From positions 116,296,130-116,360,129 of the forward strand of contig NC_068982.1 of NCBI RefSeq assembly GCF_001194135.2: DNA of 64,000 nucleotides, given 5' to 3'. This DNA is from Octopus bimaculoides (taxonomy: Eukaryota). A model generated the notes under the pieces. That model did not search any database. It was not told where the DNA came from and worked only from the letters and a program-made list of their open reading frames with translations. The translations under genes and the position numbers were made by a program. Every line of letters begins with the position of its first letter. Position 1 is the stretch's first letter. This document shows, one piece after another, positions 53,278 through 64,000 of the stretch.

Positions 53278-56200
53278 TGTGTAAAACAAACAATGAAAAG
53301 ACAGTATCAACAATTTATTTAGCATACACGCGTTTCGAATAGCCTGGCACAACGCAAGCGCTGCACATTGCATATTCAATCGAACCTTCATTTGATCGAC
53401 TAAATTGCCAGAGATACAGGGCACGTAGCTGCTATGATTTTCGTTTCAAAGGCAGAATGCTTGTGTTAAATTTTGTATACAGTGAGATAAAGAAGGGAGT
53501 TTACAAACAATAAATTCCAGACCACTGTCTCCTTTCTTATTGTCTAGTGTTTGTGTCATAGACAAGGGGAGGTATCTTTATCAGATGTTCTTAGTTTAAT
53601 GACAGCTATCAGTTGTATTCATCTTTTCAAGTTAGAGTTGCAATTTAATGATGTCCTTAAATGCAACTTAATCGTAGAAGAGAGAATGAATTTGCTAGAA
53701 CTGGATTTGCTTGGATTTATTCAATCCCTATTTTCCTTCATCACCCACACAAACACACACATAAATGAAGGGTTGAACAGAAAGAACAGAAGGACAAAAA
53801 TAACAGTAAGCGGAAATATAGGGAAAACTTGACGATAACATAACAAATGGGAAACTAGACAAAAACTAGATACACAGAACATTTAAAGCCGATTTCCTCG
53901 TCAGTAAATTCCCGGAAAGTCCTAGCAGTTTCACGCTTTTTACCACTGAAACCGCTCGATTCCGTCAAGCGCCAGAGCATTAATCTTCTGGGAAAAGCAA
54001 ACGAACGTATACAAGAACAAAAGCAAGAACCAAGAAAGCTAAAAGAATACGTATATAATACATGATGAAATAATAATACAAGTGCATCAGAAAAAGAATT
54101 ATACATATACAACAGAAAAACGTCTTTCGGCTATACAACAAAAAGAAAGTAATTATACATTTATAACACAAATAAATAACAGAAAGGGTCTTTCGACAAT
54201 TAGACGAACGTAGAAGGCTGGCGCAAGGGAGAAATGGGAAGTCTTAAAAGTCAGCAGGAGAACAGACGAACGTGACCAAATATGTATGTATGTGTGCGTG
54301 TATATTGAGAGAGAGAGAGAGAATGAGGTTACGGTGTTGAATTCATGATCATAAAGTCACAGGTTCGACTTTTGGACCGGGCAGGCCATTGTTTCCTTGA
54401 GCAAGACAGTTCATTTCATGTAACTGAAGTCTACTCGGCTGAAAATGAGTACCAGTCGACTACTGATTGGTGCAACTCTCTCTCTTTTCCTCCACCTGTT
54501 GCATTCTTGATGTTCTGCTGGGTTAAGGGTAGGAGAGATAAGAGTATGTCTATGTCTGCTCGAGACTACATAGGCAACGAAAACAACTAGCAAAAATATG
54601 GTACAAATTACAAATTACACTTGCAAGTGACGTCTATGCCCCCTTCTCTCTCTCATTCTTTCTCCCCCCTCTCTCTCTCTACACACACACACATATACTT
54701 ACACACACAATCACATACAGATATATATGTTCAATAAACGAACGACAAAAGAACAGGAGTCATATGATATTTTCATTAGCTGACAACTATTCCTTCTTTA
54801 AGTAAGCATGCACTCAGTGTTAAATACCAGTGGCAACATCTTATAGCTTCCTCAGAGCCATACATGCACTTAAGGATTGCAAGTAGGTCGGTTCTAATTT
54901 ACTTAGTTGATACTTTATTCTGATTTTCAATAAGATTCTTGTTGAGGGAGTAACTTAAATTAAATAGTAAAACAAAATCTGGTGTGTAGTCTTGAAAAGT
55001 TACATAATCTGGTAATCTTGCATCAAAGTATGCCGAAGTAGATATAGAATTCCCTCTTTGATAGACCCTGGTCCTAATTTAATCCTACCGTCTTAAACAA
55101 TTGCTATTAATAGTAAATGATGCTTGCACTCTTGATGTAAGTCAAGAGATGTTAATCAATTAAAATTAAGTATATAGTAATGAGGATAATACTTATCTAT
55201 AATGACTAATAAAACAAAGGTAAGGAAGCAAAACCGAAGTTTTAAGGAATTAAAATTTATTCAAATTGACATTTGAAGGGAGCGAGTCTGATCAAAATCA
55301 ACTGAGATTAAGACAGTGTAGTTTAACAAACATATGTTAACAAAAAATTTGGGAGTAAGGCAGAAATTTACACACATAAACTCAAACACACGCGGTCGTG
55401 CACGTTAGATCGAGAAGCTGAGTCTATTGTACTAGAAAATGATTTCAAATTTTGGCACAAAGCCAGAAATTTGGATGAAGCTAGTCGGTCACGTTGGGCT
55501 CAGTGCTTGACTGGTGCTTATTTTATTGAACTCGAAAGGATGAAAGGCAATGTCGGCCTCGGTGGAACTTAAACTCATAAAGTAAGGAGTCGAAAGAAAT
55601 ATCGCTAAACATTTTTGTCTGACGTTTCTAACAACTTTGCCAATTTTGCCGTCTTCTCCTCCTATACTATAAATATAATAACTGTAGTTTCACTGCAATT
55701 GGAATTGAGGCGCGCCTAATAACCTAGATGCCTGCATTATTGTGGTAAGATGTCCAGTGGAACAGTATAAAGAACAAGACAAAACAATGGATTAAATAAA
55801 TTGCGAAGATATGAGAGTACACAATATATAGTATTTAACGTTGTAAGGAAGAAATAAAAGAAAAAGAGTGTTAAACATTTCGAACAAAAGCCCTTCGAAG
55901 GGATAGAAGAAAGGGAATTGTTCTTACAAGAGAAGATAAAATAGTCATCGTTTGAGTAAGGGCCCAGGTGGTTTAATTCTTCATGCCAGTCCTTCCACCA
56001 TTCTACCACGTAAGCCATTATTTAACCGGCGTATTATTTAGTTTTAACTTTTCTTTTTCAGAAGCATTTTTTCTTTTGTCGAAACACTACCTATTTCCCC
56101 TCTCTTCCTTTTTAACTCTCTTGGACTCTACTCTTTTGAGATAAAACACTACATAGCTTATACTTAGGGCATTTAAAGGAAACATTAATATATACATTAT

Positions 56201-56451
56201 ACAATTTCAGTAATGGTAGACAGCAACATCGTTAAAAACGTTAAAGTGTAGGACATAATGCCAGTCAGTATTTACTTGTTCATCAGCCTTGGCTGAGTTT
56301 TTGATCATGATCATAGATAGTCTAACTGTGAACTTTTCTTTTTCAGACACAACATACCTAAGACTACACTACCCACTGCATTCTTCCTCTTTAAAGACAT
56401 TCCACCAATGACCACCACCCATCTTATTTTCAAACATAATGTACTCTAGAC

Positions 56452-57280
56452 CAGGGGTTTTCAAACTGTGGTCCCCGGACCACAGGGGGTCCGTGGACAG
56501 CAAATACTTTTTATGGGCAATTTGATTTTATATATGTTTTTTAATCGAAATCTTTTGATTGACAATAAACCGGATCTTTGTGATTTGANNNNNNNNNNNN
56601 NNNNNNNNNNNNNNNNNNNNNNNNNNNNNNNNNNNNNNNNNNNNNNNNNNNNNNNNNNNNNNNNNNNNNNNNNNNNNNNNNNNNNNNNNNNNNNNNNNNN
56701 NNNNNNNNNNNNNNNNNNNNNNNNNNNNNNNNNCAATCACTGACGTCTATTCAGCTGAATACAGTTACTGCTGTTTTCTAAACAGTAGCTTTTGACCGGT
56801 AAGAAAAATGTTATTCCCCGACATATTTCATCCGGTTTAATCGTAATTTATACGCATATATTGTTTATATAATAAATTACGCTGTGCGTATCTGTGTGTG
56901 TATATTTTTCCCATAACCTCACTCATAACCCTAACCCTAACCCTAACCCTAACCCCTTCCTCTTTGTTTACGAACAGTCTAGTTAATCGGAAATGTCAAC
57001 TAACGGGGATTAATACCATATACACCGTCACAGCACTTACTGTTTTCAACTGAATAGACGTCAGTGATTAGTTGAAATTATCGAAATAAGACAATTTTTA
57101 ACGTGAAATAACTTCGAATACAAAATTTATTATCTGTTCTATACCACAAAATATACAAGTATACGAAGTTTGAAAGTGTTTCGGTACCAAAACACTACAT
57201 AAAAAAATGTTGCTCGTCAAATCACAAAGGTCCAATAAACCTATTTGTTAGATACTGTTAAATAAATAAATGTAAAAATA
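56452..57280. mobile_element. Second copy of the hAT MITE (right end missing), interrupted by a nested element
   Basis: CAGGGGTTTTCAAACT TIR after CTCTAGAC; interior matches 21880-21980 on both sides of the insert. Confidence 0.8.
56572..57233. mobile_element. Merlin-like MITE (GG-starting TIRs, 8-bp TSD AATAAACC)
   Basis: GGATCTTTGTGATTTGA / TCAAATCACAAAGGTCC; TSD at 56564-56571 and 57234-57241; internal inverted repeat and (TAACCC)n. Confidence 0.7.
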
Positions 57281-57855
57281 GGCAAACTTTCTTGAGAAGC
57301 GGAACGCATTACAAAAAAATTTCAAGGTCAGTTTTCGTTTGACGTGCCATCCGAAAGTCCCGCGGGTTGCAATTTGTCCTTAACTGGACAAGACCATAAC
57401 AATTTTCCCTTTGCTGATATTAGATTAGACCACAGCGGTCAGGTATTTTATATGAACCTCAGTAGCGTCCGAAACATTCTATTTGTCAACTACTGGGGTC
57501 CAGCTAATTAACTATATCCACAAAAGAAAAAGAAATCGGGCGATGTAAAATAGATATATTTATCAACACCAGAAGGACTAAAAGCAAAGTTGGCCTCAAC
57601 AGGATTTAGACCCTCGACATAAATAGTTACAACTAAATGGTGCATAGCATTTTGCCCTGTGCTCTACCGATTATGCCAACTCATCACACTTAGATCTACA
57701 TATCAACAGAATGTCCTGCCTGTTTCTCTCAGACATATCCTTAAATTGAAGATTATTTTCATCACAAATATCCAGGCTAGTTTGTGTTGCTCTTGCAGCT
57801 TATGAATTAGTAATCAAATACTAGTCACATGTGAAATATATAAACATTGACTTAC

Positions 57856-57901
57856 GTAACAAATCCATACGATTTCACTACATGACCGGAAATAGATGGA
57901 C
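57856..57901 (-). CDS. SLC18A: SLC18-like exon: (G)PSISGHVVKSYGFV(T)
   Basis: Acceptor tttttatatatttgtag, donor gtaagt; 46 nt (phase 1 to 2). Matches VMAT GPSAGGAIAKAIGFPW. Confidence 0.9.
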
Positions 57902-57955
57902 CTACAAATATATAAAAATATACCATTACATACATACATGCATATGTACGTACGT

Positions 57956-58001
<46 letters not shown>

Positions 58002-58084
58002 ATGCGCGCGTGTATGTATGTGTGTATTTTGTTTCGAATTTGTGTGAATGTGTATAGAATAATATATCAGTTGAATAAAGTTAA

Positions 58085-58606
58085 AACAGGTTAAAACAGA
58101 TGACGCATAAAGACTACTATGAAGTCACTGGGAATGGTTCCAGAATGTATAGAAGCCCTTGCTTCGGATCAAGTAGGATGGCGAACAAAGGCGTGGAATG
58201 AAGTAAAAGCATTTGAAGAGGCCAAGATAACACAAGTAAGACTCAAAAGAGATCTAAGGAAGAATGTAACGATCGAGAAGGTAAATGACAATATCCTTTT
58301 TGTGTGCACAGTCTGTGACAGACCATGCCTGTCTTTTATTGGCCTCAAATCTCATCTGCGAACGCATGGAAAACAAACCTCCACCCACTATTCAGCCTAT
58401 ATGTCTGTGCACACTTTTGATTGCAATGTACACCAGAAGGTTTGCAAATCCAACGGAGGCCTCAAGAGACATTTTAAGATCCACAAAGAGCAGAACTTAT
58501 CTGCAGCTCTTGGTGGTTCAAATCGGAGGTGCAATCTATATGGGTGTCTTTTCAGAACATTGTCTGGTTTAAAAAGCCACATCAGATGCCATGATGGTGC
58601 TAAGGT
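58085..58606 (+). mobile_element. RTE(BovB-like) LINE 3' remnant with three tandem C2H2-type fingers
   Basis: IEALASDQVGWRTKAW...AFEEAKI...KRDLRK tail, then CTVCDRPCLSFIGLKSHLRTH and two degenerate fingers; runs into a gap. Confidence 0.75.
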
Positions 58607-58825
58607 NNNNNNNNNNNNNNNNNNNNNNNNNNNNNNNNNNNNNNNNNNNNNNNNNNNNNNNNNNNNNNNNNNNNNNNNNNNNNNNNNNNNNNNNNNNNNN
58701 NNNNNNNNNNNNNNNNNNNNNNNNNNNNNNNNNNNNNNNNNNNNNNNNNNNNNNNNNNNNNNNNNNNNNNNNNNNNNNNNNNNNNNNNTCAATACAAATG
58801 TATTAATACAAATGTATCAATTTCC

Positions 58826-59440
58826 ACAGCATTCTGTTATGTCAATGTCATACTTACACGCTATGATATCGTTAAAGCTCGAGTCGTCATCACTGGTTTC
58901 ATCTCTTCTACTCTGTCTGTCTGTCTGTTTGTCCATATCGGTACCTTGTTGTACCATTCTTATGAATTTATATATATATATATATATATCTGTAACATGC
59001 ATGTACTTTGTATATTTATCTTTGATACTGAAAACAGAGTCTCATTAGATGTACATTTTAAATACTCAATATACCTTAATAGCAATCTGAATAAAACCGT
59101 TTTAACTGTCATTATGCATGTTCGCTTGTTTTGTCGGAATTTATATTTTTCGATGTATAAACGGAGTAAGAATACTGAAAGCATGTTACACTTACTATTC
59201 AGAGTTTCATGCTATCATCACCTGGATTCCATTACGCCGTTGCATTTTGAATTATCAATATCACACCAATATGTTATGTGAACATCACACTATCTTATTA
59301 TATCAATATCACACTATTTTGTCAATACCACAGCATTCTGTTATGTCAATGTCATACTTACACGCTATGATATCGTTAAAGCTCGAGTCGCCATCACTGG
59401 TTTCATCTCTTCTACTCTGTCTGTCTGTCTGTTTGTCCAT
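58826..59440. repeat. About 115-bp direct duplication (58826-58937 and 59328-59440)
   Basis: CCACAGCATTCTGTTATGTC...GTTTGTCCAT twice, with one visible mismatch. Confidence 0.85.
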
Positions 59441-59743
59441 CTATCTCTGTCTGTCTGTCTCTCTCCCTCTCACTCTTCCTTTCACTTCTTATACACATAC
59501 ACATACAACTTCTCTCACACTTATTTATAAAAACAGCGAACAAAAAAGTGCAAAGCACTTGAAAGAAAGGAGGTAATATTGACTTTTCGACAGCGTGTCA
59601 GATAAAAAGACTGAGAAAAGTAAACTGTCCGAAAAAAAAAGTCAATATTTTTTTTCTTTTCCTTAACAGTGTAATACATTGATTTTGTATTCATTCGAAG
59701 AAATAAAAGTTATGATGTTAAAAACAAGTTAGAGAAGGCTTAC

Positions 59744-59863
59744 CTAAAGCGTAGGCCAAGCAAACAGCAATTTGTGATATGGAATAAACTCCACCATACA
59801 CCCCATTATGTCGTCTGTCCACCAATAGAGCCAAGAGAGGCATGAGAGCAGCATCAGTGATAC
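59744..59863 (-). CDS. SLC18A: SLC18-like exon (TM10-TM11): (G)ITDAALMPLLALLVDRRHNGVYGGVYSISQIAVCLAYAL(G)
   Basis: Acceptor cttctcctttatag, donor gtaagc; 120 nt (phase 1 to 1). Matches VMAT [41 protein letters not shown]. Confidence 0.95.
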   Translation of the reverse strand, partial: VSLMLLSCLSWLYWWTDDIMGCMVEFIPYHKLLFAWPTL

Positions 59864-61089
59864 CTATAAAGGAGAAGTAATTAAAACAAATATTTAGTTC
59901 TAAAGAAAATAATGACACTGAAGCATTTTCCAAGGATGTCTTCTTTATGAAGAAAATATTGTCAATTGGGTGATGAGAAATATTTTTTTATTTAATTGAA
60001 ATTTTAGCCGTATAAAGAAAGTAAGTCATGAGCATTAATACAATTATTCTCAAAATAGGCAAGGGAGAAAACACTGGAAATGTCAATTGACAAAAAGAAA
60101 ATGGCAAAATTTAGAGGGGGAGGGAATATGATCTTTAGTTGCTATGCTGAAACTCTGGACATGTTTCGGTATTAATTGTCCTCCTCAGTGACAACACACA
60201 GCTGCCACGACCTTATAACGATTACAAATGTTTTATGTGATTAGAAAATAGTTCATTTGTGTACAAAACTATCGCTGTCAATGACGTATATTCATTTGTG
60301 AAATTAATCCATTTCTCAACAAGATAAATACTGATGTATCTCCATAACAATACTTAGTAATGCACACACTTCGTAATCATACGAAACATGCGCTCAGACT
60401 GAAAATTTTGCAAAACCACTAACATTAATTACAAGAAGTATTACAAGCTAGTTATTTCAAAACTTGATGTCATAGCTTAAATGCAACAAACAAAATACCA
60501 AGATAAAGTATCTACGACAGGAACCAGATCAAAGGTCACATGAAAAATGACGATTTACAGTATCAGACTCATGAGCAGTTTATAAACTATCGAATTGAAG
60601 GTTATAATGCTGATATATATATATATACGTTTATATGCCTTATGTGCGTGTATTTGCGTATCTGTGCACTTATGTGTGCATTTATGTAAGCGCATATGTG
60701 TGTATACATGTATACGTATATAGATACAAGTATATATGTGTGTATGTATGAGCATGTATGTGTGTGCATCTCGTCTGGCCGTAAAGCCTTTTCTGTTTGT
60801 TTTCCTGTCTTGTTTTTTGTCCGCCACTACATTCCTCCATGGCTAGATTTAATTTGCGTATACAAATTTAATCTGCGATCCATGGGACGAGCCGTTTTAG
60901 CGATGCGTCCTGCCCAAGCTCGTCGAAACGCCGGTGTTAAAACGTGGGTGGCTGATGAAGAAGAATGTTCTCTATGTGGCTCGTGTGTTCTCGTCTACGT
61001 TTGTTTGCAATGTCCTGTACCCAGATATGCACCTATACATACAGGTGGATGTCGGTATGCACATACCTGTACGTATATANNNNNNNNNN

Positions 61090-61138
<49 letters not shown>

Positions 61139-61764
61139 ATGCATGTATGCGATTATTGTTTTACCAATTGAATGTTTTTATAATTACTAAGAATATTACA
61201 AAAACAAACCTGATATACAAAGAATATCGCGAAGTAAATATAGCGCACCAATTTACTCGTTTACTTTCACGCTTGACTGATTCCTAAACGATGACAAAAT
61301 TCTATATCAAACGAAAATAAATCTCTTCACTATAGACTTCTATCAATTTACACCCTACAAACATACTTTCTTCTTATCTTCCTCGATTCCATTGTCTTCC
61401 AACACCACGTCTAATTATCATTCACATTACTCCACCTTCAAAAATAACCTACCAAAGATGATATAAAACGAGAAAGATCGAATGTAAATCACAGTATGGT
61501 GACGGCAAGCAAACCGAAACTTTGAAGTCACTGATGACATTTTCCTTTTAAAAGTTCACACACATACACGCACACGCACGCACGCACGCACGCACACCGT
61601 TTTTTAATATAATTTTATATTTGCGAAATATATATATACATTTTTATTTGCAAGTTTCACACAAATGAAAGACAAAGTGAAATAAACATGCATCAGTGCA
61701 AGCCAGTAAAACAATTAGTAGTTGTAAATAAAAATTATAGTGGTATGAAATTACTACGACTTAC

Positions 61765-61828
61765 CTAAGCCCAGGCCGATTCCAAAGTGTGGCATTATGA
61801 GTTGTGATATTGATGATGCAAAAGGCAA
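61765..61828 (-). CDS. SLC18A: SLC18-like exon: LPFASSISQLIMPHFGIGLGL(G)
   Basis: Acceptor ttgtatattttccag, donor gtaagt; 64 nt (phase 0 to 1). Matches VMAT [22 protein letters not shown]. Confidence 0.93.
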
Positions 61829-62359
61829 CTGGAAAATATACAAGAACGATACACCTACTATCTGAAATACATTGTCTTTGACAGACTATTCACGGCGGGG
61901 GTGGAGTTGGGGGAATTGCTCGACCTGTTATAAATAGCAGTTAAATTTCCCTCGAATCCAGCCCTACCGTTTTAAATACATAAAAAGATACGTTCTGGCA
62001 ATGCAATTATTCTTTTGCAAGGAGATGGGGATGGTCATGACTGGAATGCTTTTGATCATAGGCCTACTAGGTCAGAGTTTACCAAGAGCTTATTAACAGT
62101 TGTCATTTATTTATTCAGGCTTTTGTGTGGATAATTAAGGTTTGCTTGACTTTTGAGTGATCAGTGATATTTGACAACGGGTGGTCAGTTCAATAAGTTT
62201 TCTTTCGAAGAGAGAACAGCCGACACTATTGACTCCGCTACTTCACTGGGATTTATTTTATCGCTTCCGTGGTCACGATGTCATTCTTTTTTTTTTAAGA
62301 GAGGATCACATTAATAGTTGTGTGAATTTGATTATAATGATCGGAGAGAAGATACTTAC

Positions 62360-62411
62360 AAAGAAACAACACAGTCCAATAATAAACATACAGCAGAGTG
62401 TACATATCCAC
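62360..62411 (-). CDS. SLC18A: SLC18 vesicular amine transporter-like, internal exon (TM9): (R)WICTLCCMFIIGLCCFF
   Basis: Acceptor ttttaccatattttccag, donor gtaagt; 52 nt (phase 2 to 0). Aligns to VMAT2 (R)WLCALLGMIIVGVSILC. Upstream exons were not found in the window. Confidence 0.9.
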
Positions 62412-62520
62412 CTGGAAAATATGGTAAAAAGGATAGGATTAAGTTCGGGAATATGTATGTATGTATGTATGTATGTATGTTGGTAGGTATCTATGTATAA
62501 ATATAAATATATATATATGT

Positions 62521-62557
<37 letters not shown>

Positions 62558-62619
62558 TATACAAGCTGATGTTAAGTTTATATAAATAGGGAACGTTAAC
62601 AGTCTAAGATTACACACGC

Positions 62620-62650
<31 letters not shown>

Positions 62651-63600
62651 CATATACATACGTATGTATATGCGCCTGTGTCTTATACGTCAGTATAAGA
62701 ACTGCTGTTGTTTCATTGTCTTACACTATGAGCAGAAACAAGTGGTTTGACATAGATCGATATAAGAGTACCAGACTGAAACAGTTGCGAGGTTGACTAA
62801 AACATTTGAGGGCCGTCTCCACAAAGTTCGGAAGGCCTTTGCAATGTTTATCTTATTGACCCACCGTTTTCATTTAAAGACACAAAAAACCCAGTCATCT
62901 GTATTTCGTTACTACGCCTTGTTTCATATATGTTTAATGTAGCCATGTGTATTCATTAGAAATTCTTACTGTATTTTGACGTCCAGCAAAGCTGTCCATA
63001 AGTATTTCTACTTGTGCTCCAGCTTCTGTCTAAAATAATTGCGCATTTCCCATCGTTTCCACAATGTTCTTATGTATGTATAGTGTACGTGTTGAACTTA
63101 CTGAAGATCCTGAAATTACACTGGCTTTGATTTTAAATTTTTTAATTGTTCGTTCAGTTGCTTCGTTTATTTCAAGTTGTTTCGTCGTCTCTATCGAAAC
63201 CTTTCAGTTTTCAAAGAGATATATTTTAATTGTCATTTCTCATGTCCATTTCTAGTTTGTCATTTAAAATTACTAAACAATTGCAACTTCATTTTACACA
63301 ATATAACAAAAGAAAAATAACGTGGGTACCACCAACACTAGTTTATTTGACGTGCTGCCTACTTCACTATTGTAGAATAAAAGTGAAATCAATATGAAAG
63401 GAAAATTAAAAACCAATACATTTTTAAGTGATACTTGTAAACTGAAAATAGGATGAGATATTCCATCACATAGATTACTATTGTTTAATATGAATAAACA
63501 CCAACGCATAGATACTCAAAACAACAGTCATTGATACACACTTATAGAAACCCGGACACATACATCGGTGTTTGTGCGAGTGTGTGGACACATGTATTTA

Positions 63601-63639
<39 letters not shown>

Positions 63640-64000
63640 GCGAGAGAGTTAGGGGTTGAGGGTTCAACCCACTAAGGGATAGTATCTATCCAGTATACTG
63701 TTGGGAGGGTACCCAATTATTGCTACACTAGTGTTATACCAAGTGCAGTCAATGGGAGCGGGAAAAGTGGAGGTTTTACCCCAAATTTGTATATCAATTA
63801 GAAAATGGAGGATAATATGCTGAACCCAACTACTTGCAGACAGTGTATCCCGTTGAACTCATTAATTTAATTCATAGCTAAAGTGACAAAAAAAGAAAAA
63901 AACCCAAAGTACAGGTGTTTATGACAAACCATGTTATTTTGCCAACCTGGTTTACATATAGAAGTACAAAATACATAAGAAATTGTACTTTAGGTGTTTT

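Noticed and set aside
56290-56330. Minus-strand MIMIKNSAKADEQ|gtaaat as the transporter's penultimate exon
   Set aside because: No TM12 sequence or acceptor; the true exon is at 46941-47028.
56925-56955. (TAACCC)n telomeric-type repeat
   Set aside because: Only about five units and inside a MITE; not a telomere or fusion site.
57695-57810. Weak RTE-like LRHILKLK/FITNI words upstream of the zinc-finger RTE
   Set aside because: Too degenerate, and a host exon (57856-57901) separates it from 58085, so it cannot be the same insertion.
60880-60960. Hammerhead-like words (CTGATGA, GAAAC) in the 40345/60922 repeat
   Set aside because: The order and stems do not fit a hammerhead fold.
63294-63509. 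Next upstream transporter exon (GxAFLPxSISYLIG-like)
   Set aside because: No matching peptide or phase-compatible splice sites; it is presumably beyond the window.

Overview
AT-rich, intron- and repeat-rich animal genomic DNA with assembly gaps. It is very probably cephalopod (Octopus-like), judged from recalled SINE/RTE families. Three host transcription units are supported by splice signals and reading-frame phase. (1) Minus strand: six 3' exons (62411 to 38489) of an SLC18 vesicular amine transporter. It keeps the TM10 Asp but has Gln in place of the TM11 Asp of VMAT/VAChT, which suggests a portabella-like orphan transporter. (2) Plus strand: a two-coding-exon gene (5519-7256, 245 aa, low complexity). 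(3) Plus strand: a short paralogous terminal exon (35152-35427). Genes 2 and 3 share a C-terminal WFxK[KR]xxxxSxREINA[IM]AP motif that I cannot assign to a family. The rest is transposon debris: RTE LINEs (one with three C-terminal C2H2 fingers), an R4/Dong-like RLE fragment, three Tc1/mariner remnants, a complete non-autonomous Helitron, hAT/Merlin/piggyBac-type MITEs and many tRNA-SINEs. Other notable structures are a 416-bp SINE palindrome carrying a minimal hammerhead ribozyme, a six-unit heat-shock element and alternating CpG-poor/CpG-rich domains. All family assignments come from recalled motifs, not database searches. Repeat boundaries are approximate unless TIRs/TSDs are quoted.
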